Positions 17,260 to 24,000 of a stretch of DNA of 24,000 nucleotides are shown piece after piece. A model generated the notes under the pieces. The model was not told the origin of the DNA and made no database searches. It worked only from the letters and a program-made list of their open reading frames with translations. Both the position numbers and the translations under genes were made by a program. Source of the DNA: Candidatus Heimdallarchaeota archaeon (lineage in GTDB: Archaea > Asgardarchaeota > Heimdallarchaeia > Heimdallarchaeales > Heimdallarchaeaceae); the NCBI GenBank assembly GCA_019057375.1, contig DXJF01000097.1:48101-72100 (forward strand), read 5' to 3'. Position 1 is the first letter of the stretch; every line of letters starts with the position of its first letter.

Positions 17260-19737
17260 TTGATGACTGTGAGTGAATTCGTTCCTAGACTAACAGAAAA
17301 AACATATGACCCCCAAACAAAGGATATAGAACTATTCAATATTTGGCAAAAGGAAAAACTGTTTGCATTTAACAAAAACTCAGGAAAGCCAATCTATAGT
17401 ATAGATACCCCTCCACCTTATGCAAATGCTCCTTGGCATATGGGTGGCGCTATTCATTATAGTGGAATAGATATGATTGCTAGATATAAACGGATGTCTG
17501 GAAATGAAATATTGTTTCCAATGTGTTTGGATCGAAATGGATTACCAATTGAAGTTCAAGCTGAGAAAGAATTCAAGGTATCCATGCATGATGTTCCAAG
17601 AGAAGAGTTTCTGAAAATGTGCAAAGGAATATTAGACCGTGTAGGTGATCAAATACTCCATGTATGCAGAATTTTAGGATTCAGTAATAATTCCTTTGAA
17701 TGGGACGAAGTTTACAAAACTGACGAAGAACAGTATAGAGCACTAACTCAAGCAACTTTCATTAAGTTGTTCAATGAAAACCAAATTTACGAAGATAATC
17801 GCCCTAATAATTATTGTACTCGATGTAAAACAACCATAGCAGATAATGAAATTGATTATAAGTCAGGTTCACATTTACTTTATGATATTAGGTTCAAAGT
17901 AAAAGAAACAGGTGAGGAGTTAATTATCTCAACATCAAGACCTGAGTTGATACCAGCTATAGGGGTAGTAATTTTTAACCCAAAAGATGAAAGGTATTTG
18001 CATTTAAAGGGGAAGACCGCTATATCTCCTATATTTGAAGATGAAGTGCCGATTATGCCCCATCATTATGCAAAAGCTGAATTTGGAACCGGTATAATGA
18101 TGGTATGTGCCTATGGAGATTCAGGAGATGTTCAAATATTTAGAGAACTTCAATTAAATCCCCAAACTGTAATAGATACAGATGGTAAGATAACAGAACA
18201 AGTACCTGCTTATACTGGTTTAACAGTGAAAAAAGCAAAAAAACAAATTGCTATTGATCTTGAAGAACAGGGTTTTATTCTTGAGAAAGCAGATGCACCT
18301 CATAATTTTCCAACATGTTCTAGATGTAAGAAAGAAGTAGAATTTCTGGCAATGCCTGAGTATTACCTAAAACAAGTAGAATATGTTCCAAAGTTACATA
18401 AGTATGCGCAAGAGATGAATTTTTTCCCACCTTTCATGAGACAGGTTTGGATAGATTGGTTGAACATTGTTTCGATTGACTGGCCAATAAGCAGAAGACG
18501 GTATTATGGAACAGAAGTACCCATATGGTATTGCAAAAAATGTAATCATCCCAATGTACCTGAACCAGGACCTTATTATCAACCTTGGAAAGATGACCCT
18601 CCCTTTGGTACATGTGAAAAATGCAATAGCTCTGAGGGTTTTGAAGGTGATTCACGTACTTTTGATACTTGGATGGATTCTTCAATTAGTGAAATATACA
18701 TAACTAAACATCCTCACAACAAGAAAGATGAAGAACTATTTAAGGAATTGAACAGCAGACCCTTTATATGTGATATAAGGCCTCAAGGTAAGGATATAGT
18801 ACGAACATGGTTACATTATACTATGTTAAGGGGTCTTCAACTTCATAATAAACCCGCATTTAATCATGCTTGGATTTCAGGACACGTGGTAAATAGTAAA
18901 GGCGAAAAGATGTCAAAAAGCAAAGGAGCTGTTGTACAACCTGAGAAAATGATTGAAAAATATGGTGGTGATGCTGTGAGATTTTATGGAGCAGCTGAAG
19001 CAAGTCATGGCTCTGATATCAGATTCAATCAACAGAGATTACAAGGTATTTCAAAATTCATAAACAAATTTTACAATATTGCAAAATTTGTTAGTAGATT
19101 TCCTATAATCGAAAACGAATCAGAAATTTCTTTACAACCAGCTGATGAATGGATACTATCTGAATTAGCTAAGACAATAGAAGAATCTCAAAAAGGTTAT
19201 GAGATATATGATTTTCAAATACCTGCTAAAACTCTTCGGAATTTTGCTTGGGAAACATTCGCTTCACATTATGTAGAACTTGTAAAAGGAAGAGCTTACA
19301 ACAGAAATGACACATACAACAGCAAAGAACAAAAAGCTGCTTGGTTCACCCTTCATAAAGTTATAAAAGAATTAACTAAAGCTTTTGCTCCTATCATTCC
19401 ATTTGTTACAGATTTGATCTATAGAGGGATTTATGATTCAAGCGTTCACACACAAGCTTTTCCAAAACCTGAAGAGATAATTAAAAAATCAGTGTTCACA
19501 AATCTAACATCATTACTATTAGAAATAAATTCTGCAATTTGGAAGTTTAAGAAAGATAAGAAACTGCCTTTGAACACTCCGATAAAACAAGCATACTTAC
19601 CCACAGAACTATCTCCTTTGATAGGTGACCTTCAATCGATGCATGGTGTTGAGAGTATAGTAGAAAATATGGATAGTATACAGGAAGGAGAAATAATACA
19701 CCTCACAGAAGAAACCATCATAAACTTGAAATTATAG
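17260..19737 (+). CDS. valS: valine--tRNA ligase (archaeal subtype)
   Basis: 825 aa; HIGH region PPPYANAPWHMGG, editing STSRPELIPAIGVVIFNPKDERY, KMSKS in GEKMSKSKGAVVQPEKMIEKYGGDAVRFYG...GSDIRFNQQRL, inserted zinc knuckles. Confidence 0.85.
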   Translation: MMTVSEFVPRLTEKTYDPQTKDIELFNIWQKEKLFAFNKNSGKPIYSIDTPPPYANAPWHMGGAIHYSGIDMIARYKRMSGNEILFPMCLDRNGLPIEVQAEKEFKVSMHDVPREEFLKMCKGILDRVGDQILHVCRILGFSNNSFEWDEVYKTDEEQYRALTQATFIKLFNENQIYEDNRPNNYCTRCKTTIADNEIDYKSGSHLLYDIRFKVKETGEELIISTSRPELIPAIGVVIFNPKDERYLHLKGKTAISPIFEDEVPIMPHHYAKAEFGTGIMMVCAYGDSGDVQIFRELQLNPQTVIDTDGKITEQVPAYTGLTVKKAKKQIAIDLEEQGFILEKADAPHNFPTCSRCKKEVEFLAMPEYYLKQVEYVPKLHKYAQEMNFFPPFMRQVWIDWLNIVSIDWPISRRRYYGTEVPIWYCKKCNHPNVPEPGPYYQPWKDDPPFGTCEKCNSSEGFEGDSRTFDTWMDSSISEIYITKHPHNKKDEELFKELNSRPFICDIRPQGKDIVRTWLHYTMLRGLQLHNKPAFNHAWISGHVVNSKGEKMSKSKGAVVQPEKMIEKYGGDAVRFYGAAEASHGSDIRFNQQRLQGISKFINKFYNIAKFVSRFPIIENESEISLQPADEWILSELAKTIEESQKGYEIYDFQIPAKTLRNFAWETFASHYVELVKGRAYNRNDTYNSKEQKAAWFTLHKVIKELTKAFAPIIPFVTDLIYRGIYDSSVHTQAFPKPEEIIKKSVFTNLTSLLLEINSAIWKFKKDKKLPLNTPIKQAYLPTELSPLIGDLQSMHGVESIVENMDSIQEGEIIHLTEETIINLKL

Positions 19738-19763
19738 GCTATTAAGAACTGGTAATCTGGAAT

Positions 19764-20069
19764 TTACCAGCGGGAAATTTTTTTCTTTACTCTTGTTTCT
19801 GGAGTCCCTTTAATTATATGTCCTTCAACTAAGATTACTGTTCCATCTGCAATTTTGATTTGAAAAATTTGATTTGACTTAGGAATCCATAAAACCTTTT
19901 TTTCAGTTAAAACTCTTAAAAGATTAGAAGTTTCCTCTTCAATAATACCTCTTACGCCAATTAAATCTTCAGAGGAACTATGTTTTACTTCTATTTCTAA
20001 ACCTACCAGTGACGAGGAAAGATTTCGCCAAACTCTAGATTTTCGTTTATTACGATTTTCTTTTGACAT
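19764..20069 (-). CDS. rnp1: ribonuclease P protein component 1 (Rpp29/Pop4)
   Basis: SSLVGLEIEVKHSSSEDLIGVRGIIEEETSNLLRVLTEKKVLWIPKSNQIFQIKIADGTVILVEGHIIKGTPETR. Confidence 0.92.
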   Translation of the reverse strand: MSKENRNKRKSRVWRNLSSSLVGLEIEVKHSSSEDLIGVRGIIEEETSNLLRVLTEKKVLWIPKSNQIFQIKIADGTVILVEGHIIKGTPETRVKKKISRW

Positions 20070-20272
20070 TAAATCTCATCTAGTTCAGTCATAATAGTCA
20101 CAATTCTTGCAATAGCTTTCTTATATTCTTGAATTTGACCTGGATTTTCGATTGAACCACCAGATGATAATTCGGATTGAATTGTAAATAGTTTCTTCTT
20201 AAATTCGTCCAGTTTCTTGAGTCTTTGATTTTTATTCAACTTTCTAATTTCACTTGATTTTATTAGTGCCAC
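20069..20272 (-). CDS. rpl29: large ribosomal subunit protein uL29
   Basis: 67 aa; SSEIRKLNKNQRLKKLDEFKKKLFTIQSELSSGGSIENPGQIQEYKKAIARIVTIM. Confidence 0.93.
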   Translation of the reverse strand: MALIKSSEIRKLNKNQRLKKLDEFKKKLFTIQSELSSGGSIENPGQIQEYKKAIARIVTIMTELDEI

Positions 20273-20286
20273 ATCATTTCACTCCT

Positions 20287-21213
20287 TCATTTCTTCTTGG
20301 ACTTTTCTTTTGGTTTTTCTTCCACCTTATCTTCTTTCTTTGGTTTAGAAGCTTTATCGTCTTTCTTTGGTTTTTCTTCTACCTTATCTTCTTTCTTTGG
20401 TTTAGAAGCTTTATCAACTTCTTCCAGTTCTTCAAACTCGTCTTTAGGTTTCTTCTTTTTCTTCTTACTCTCTTCTTCTGTGATTTTTTCGAGTTCTTCA
20501 TCGATATCTGGAAACTCTTCTAATTCTTCAATAACTTCTTCGCTAACTTCTTCGATGATTTCAGGTTCTTCTTCTATACCAGTATCCACTATCATGGATG
20601 TTGAAGTTGGTTCAGCTTCAATAGTAATGTCATCCGGTAAAATTGCATCGCCTCTCATGATTCGAACTTGAACCCCTATTAATCCTCGTCGTATGAGGGC
20701 TGTTGCTTTTCCTAAATCGACATATCGCTCTGCAGGGTCTCCTGCCTTTGCAACAAAACCAGCTCTGAATGTTTCAACTCTTGCTCTTTGACTAGTGATT
20801 TTTCCACTAATCTTTATTTCAATACCTTTGGCTCCAACTGACAATATACGTCTAATTATACCATGAGCGCTTCTACGAAAATGACGTCCCCTCTCTAAAG
20901 AAGATGCTAAACGATAAGCCATAATACGGGCATCAAGTTCTGGATTTTCTACTTCGGTTACTTCAATTTGTGGATTATCTAACTCGTATTGCTCGCGTAA
21001 AGCTTCAGTGATCCTGTGGATGTTTCTTCCTCTTCCCCCAATCGCTAATCCTACTCTCCCCACTCTAAGAATAACACGATCTCCCAAAGGTGTTCTTCTA
21101 AGTTCAACCCCACCATATTCAGCATTTTTCAACTCCTCAGCTAAATATTCATCAATTGCATTTCTTTGGTATTTTTTTAATAGATAGTCTTTTGTTGTAG
21201 GCATAATTATCAC
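20287..21213 (-). CDS. rps3: small ribosomal subunit protein uS3 with long low-complexity C-terminal extension
   Basis: 308 aa; KH domain GRVGLAIGGRGRNIHRITEAL; C-terminal domain AEPTSTSMIV then Lys/Glu-rich tail. Confidence 0.95.
   Translation of the reverse strand: MIIMPTTKDYLLKKYQRNAIDEYLAEELKNAEYGGVELRRTPLGDRVILRVGRVGLAIGGRGRNIHRITEALREQYELDNPQIEVTEVENPELDARIMAYRLASSLERGRHFRRSAHGIIRRILSVGAKGIEIKISGKITSQRARVETFRAGFVAKAGDPAERYVDLGKATALIRRGLIGVQVRIMRGDAILPDDITIEAEPTSTSMIVDTGIEEEPEIIEEVSEEVIEELEEFPDIDEELEKITEEESKKKKKKPKDEFEELEEVDKASKPKKEDKVEEKPKKDDKASKPKKEDKVEEKPKEKSKKK
20305..20418 (-). repeat. two tandem 57-bp (19-aa) repeats in the rps3 tail
   Basis: Protein units DKASKPKKEDKVEEKPKKD / DKASKPKKEDKVEEKPKEK; shared DNA ACCTTATCTTCTTTCTTTGGTTTAGAAGCTTTATC starts at 20324 and 20381. 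Confidence 0.85.
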
Positions 21214-21674
21214 ATCTCAGCTACTTCTGCTACTAATTCAACATGGATGAATTGTCTCATTTTAGGTGAAGAACTTCCATGAGCTCGGTAAAACATACCT
21301 TGTTGTCTTGTTCCTTGTAGAGTTACAGCATGAGTAATCCTACATTTATCTAACTGTAATTGATTATTTTCAGCATTGTTTTCTAGATTTCTTACAACTT
21401 TAAGAATCTCTGTTGCAGCTTTTACAGGATATCTGCCACCTGTCCAACCAACTACGCTACTTTTGTGTCCTACATTATTTTTGAATCGTCTATATGGGAC
21501 TGCAAGTTTTTTATCAATTACAGCCTCAAGATACTCAATAGATTGATGAATTGTCATACCCTTAATTGTGTTACAAACTTCGCGAGCTGCCTTTCTACTA
21601 ACATCTATACCTCTTGCAGAGGCTTTGGCTGATCTGTCAGGATCTGTTTGAACTGAATATTTGTATTTTGGCAA
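21210..21674 (-). CDS. rpl22: large ribosomal subunit protein uL22
   Basis: 154 aa; SAKASARGIDVSRKAAREVCNTIKGMTIHQSIEYLEAVI...HKSSVVGWTGGRYPVKAATEILKVVRNLENNAE. Confidence 0.95.
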   Translation of the reverse strand: MPKYKYSVQTDPDRSAKASARGIDVSRKAAREVCNTIKGMTIHQSIEYLEAVIDKKLAVPYRRFKNNVGHKSSVVGWTGGRYPVKAATEILKVVRNLENNAENNQLQLDKCRITHAVTLQGTRQQGMFYRAHGSSSPKMRQFIHVELVAEVAEM

Positions 21675-22086
21675 TCTTATATCTCCTGTATATTCTTGTT
21701 ACTATTAACTACATTAGCGAGTAAGAGTACAATTTTTAAGGTTTATTAACGAATACAAATTGTATTTATTATTACCCGGCAAGTAAAATCGACTATTTGT
21801 TATTTAAAATGGTTTTCTTTAATGAGCAAATAAAAGAAAGAACAATTAAATTATTTTCTGAAAGTTTTTCAGCATTTAATTTCAATTTTTGAAAAACTTA
21901 ACGATAACAACTATTAAAAAGATAAATGATGGAGGAAATCTGTCGATATAGTTTCGAATTAGATAAAAACTAAAAACAGGTATGTGACGTCTTACTCCAA
22001 AAGAAGTTTTGGAGCCGAGATTGTTTTCCTGTGTTTTTAACATGGGGAAATATGGGTATAAGACGCTTTACCGAGGTGACAAAAAA

Positions 22087-22419
22087 ATGAGTGAAGTAAG
22101 GAATATAGGTGTTCCCGGAGTGGAACCACCTTCCACAGAATGTGAAGATCCACGTTGTCCTTTTCATGGTAAACTTCCGGTTAGGGGTAGGATATTCACA
22201 GGAAAAGTGGTTTCTGACAAAATGAGACGAACTGTCGTTATTAGGAGAGATTATCTTCAGTATGTGAAAAAGTACAGAAGATATGAACGTGCTCATGGAA
22301 AGATTTCTGCCCATAACCCTCCTTGTTTAAATGTTAAAGAAGGGGATATGGTTTTAGCAGCAGAATGCCGACCACTCGCAAAAACTGTGAGTTTTGTTGT
22401 TATACAAAAATTAAACTAA
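22087..22419 (+). CDS. rps17: small ribosomal subunit protein uS17
   Basis: ORF track starts 22009, but ATG at 22087 follows GAGGTGAC and begins [39 protein letters not shown]. Confidence 0.94.
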   Translation: MSEVRNIGVPGVEPPSTECEDPRCPFHGKLPVRGRIFTGKVVSDKMRRTVVIRRDYLQYVKKYRRYERAHGKISAHNPPCLNVKEGDMVLAAECRPLAKTVSFVVIQKLN

Positions 22420-22428
22420 GGTGATAAA

Positions 22429-22845
22429 ATGGCAAAAAGAAAAACAGTCGGAAGGACTCAAGTTCATATCACTAAAGGATTGATGGTTGGTTCTAGAATA
22501 CGCTGCGCAGATAATTCTGGTGCAAGAATTGTGCAAATTATTGCAGTAAAACATTATAGAGGAAGATTAAACAGGATTCCTAAAGCTTCTGTTGCAGATA
22601 TGGTTATAGTATCTGTGAAGCAAGGAACTCCTCAAAGAAGAAAACAAATCTTCCCTGCAGTGGTTGTAAGACAACGTTCCGCTTATCGTAGAAGATCAGG
22701 AGATTGGATACAATTTGAGGAAAATGCAGTGGTTCTTACAAATGAAGTAGGAGATCCACTAGGAAGCGAGATTAGAGGACCAGTTGCTAAGGAAGCAGCA
22801 GAAAAATGGCCAAGAATAGCTCATCAAGCTTCCATAATCGTATAG
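22429..22845 (+). CDS. rpl14: large ribosomal subunit protein uL14
   Basis: 138 aa; GLMVGSRIRCADNSGARIVQIIAVKHYRGRLNRIPKASVADMVIVSVKQGTP. Confidence 0.96.
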   Translation: MAKRKTVGRTQVHITKGLMVGSRIRCADNSGARIVQIIAVKHYRGRLNRIPKASVADMVIVSVKQGTPQRRKQIFPAVVVRQRSAYRRRSGDWIQFEENAVVLTNEVGDPLGSEIRGPVAKEAAEKWPRIAHQASIIV

Positions 22846-22854
22846 GTGATTAAA

Positions 22855-23421
22855 ATGAAACAATCAAAGTCAATACAACCTCGTAAGCAGAGGAAGAGTC
22901 ATTTCAAAGCTGAATATCATATCCGAAATCGTAAAATGACTGCGCCATTATCTCATGCATTAAGAGAAAAATATGGTGTCCGCCGTTTACCTATACATAG
23001 AAACGATAAGGTAACAGTCTTCAAAAACAAATCACTAGACGAAGAAATTAAAGGAAAAGTCATTAGGGTTTTACCACAAAGATATGCCGTTCATATTGAA
23101 GGACACAGTAAAGAAAAAGCAGATGGAACTATTGTCAGCTTTCCAGTTCATCCAAGTAATATTGTGATAACCTCATTAAATTTAAGAGATAAAAAGAGAC
23201 GTGCTATTATTCAGCGAAGGTCTAGAAAAGAAATAACTGATGAAGAGTTAGCTGAAGATATTTTTGACGAAGATGAAGAGTTAGCTGAAGAACTAGAAGA
23301 TCTCGATATGCTAGAAGATGAAGATATCCTCGAAGAAGATTTCGAAGATCTTGATATAGATGAATTAGATGAAGGAGAAGAAGAAACTCCTGACACTGAA
23401 GCCAAGGAGGAATCAGAATGA
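22855..23421 (+). CDS. rpl24: large ribosomal subunit protein uL24 with long acidic C-terminal tail
   Basis: ATG at 22855 (track start GTG 22846). MKQSKSIQPRKQRKSHFKAEYHIRNRKMTAPLSHALREKYGVRRLPIHRNDKVTVFKNK...GHSKEKADGTIVSFPVHPSNIVITSLNLRDKKR. Confidence 0.95.
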   Translation: MKQSKSIQPRKQRKSHFKAEYHIRNRKMTAPLSHALREKYGVRRLPIHRNDKVTVFKNKSLDEEIKGKVIRVLPQRYAVHIEGHSKEKADGTIVSFPVHPSNIVITSLNLRDKKRRAIIQRRSRKEITDEELAEDIFDEDEELAEELEDLDMLEDEDILEEDFEDLDIDELDEGEEETPDTEAKEESE

Positions 23422-24000
23422 CCAAGGGCGGTGGAAAAAGACATCTGAAGAGATATGTGGTATCTAAACATGTCCCCATCAGTAAAAAAACTGATAAATA
23501 CGCTGTCAGACCTTCCCCAGGTCCTCATGCAGCATATGATTGTATTCCTGTAGCTATTCTACTAAGAGATATGTTCCATGTTGCAAGAAACATGAGTGAA
23601 GTTAAACGTATTCTCTATGAAAGAAATGTTATCGTTGATGGAAGAGTTAAAACAAACAGAAAATACCCTCTAGGGTTTATGGATGTTTTATCTTTGCCCA
23701 AAATGCAGAAGCACTATAGGATGATTTACACAATTAAGAAAGGATTAAGAGCTATCCCAATCGATGAAAACGAAATAACTGAAAAACTGTGTCAAATAAA
23801 GAACAAAACCACAATTAAAGATGGTTTAATACAACTAAATTTACATGACGGAAGAAATATAGTTCTTAGCAAAGAAGAAAATAAAAATGCAACTTATGCT
23901 ACTCATGATACACTAAAAATTTCTCTACCTGAACAAAAGATTCTAGAAAAATTCGAGCTTAAAGTAGGAACTTATGGATTTGTTACTAGTGGAAGATGGA
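23418..24000 (+). CDS. rps4e: small ribosomal subunit protein eS4, truncated by window edge
   Basis: ATG overlaps rpl24 stop (ATGA). MTKGGGKRHLKRYVVSKHVPISKKTDKYAVRPSPGPHAAYDCIPVAILLRDMFHVARNMSEVKRILYERNVIVDGRVKTNRKYPLGFMDVLSLPK. Confidence 0.95.
   Translation, partial: MTKGGGKRHLKRYVVSKHVPISKKTDKYAVRPSPGPHAAYDCIPVAILLRDMFHVARNMSEVKRILYERNVIVDGRVKTNRKYPLGFMDVLSLPKMQKHYRMIYTIKKGLRAIPIDENEITEKLCQIKNKTTIKDGLIQLNLHDGRNIVLSKEENKNATYATHDTLKISLPEQKILEKFELKVGTYGFVTSGRW

Noticed and set aside
20254-20671. 89-aa and 124-aa plus-strand ORFs rich in Phe/Leu/Ser opposite rps3
   Set aside because: Mirror translations of the Lys/Glu-rich rps3 tail; low-complexity artefacts.
21675-22086. Hidden gene or rps19 remnant in the divergent ribosomal intergenic region
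   Set aside because: AT-rich, no ORF with ribosomal motifs on either strand. The track antisense ORF 21970..22314 overlaps rps17. Best explained as a shared promoter/5' UTR region.
23211-23528. Minus-strand Ser-rich ORFs opposite rpl24 tail
   Set aside because: Antisense of the acidic GAA/GAT-rich uL24 tail; artefact.
1-24000. CRISPR arrays or classical cas operons
   Set aside because: No regularly spaced short direct repeats with unique spacers, and no Cas proteins other than the TnpB-like ORF.

Overview
This window is AT-rich archaeal chromosome. The lineage is inferred, possibly Asgard/Heimdall-like, but not proven here. It contains: (i) bactofilin-like genes at the left edge; (ii) a tRNA-Leu(UAA) hotspot at about 1.46-6.20 kb, with three nested or tandem copies of the 3' part of an intron-containing tRNA-Leu, a large divergent TnpB-like gene with an atypical RuvC-III motif inserted inside one tRNA remnant, and a two-gene cargo (YaaC-like plus CPBP/CAAX-type membrane protease) between the other two copies; (iii) housekeeping genes: aspS, pyrH, aRF1, a degenerate cupin-type glucose-6-phosphate isomerase homolog, a DinB-like protein, intron-containing tRNA-Ile(GAU), two tandem small paralogs, a UPF0148 zinc-ribbon protein, Hef helicase/nuclease, an MFS transporter and valS; (iv) a ribosomal protein cluster in which rpl22-rps3-rpl29-rnp1 is inverted relative to rps17-rpl14-rpl24-rps4e. 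The best candidate for something undescribed is the tRNA-Leu hotspot. Its TnpB-like protein has its catalytic Asp apparently replaced by His, it has a candidate omegaRNA, and the would-be guide lies in tRNA-Leu-derived sequence.
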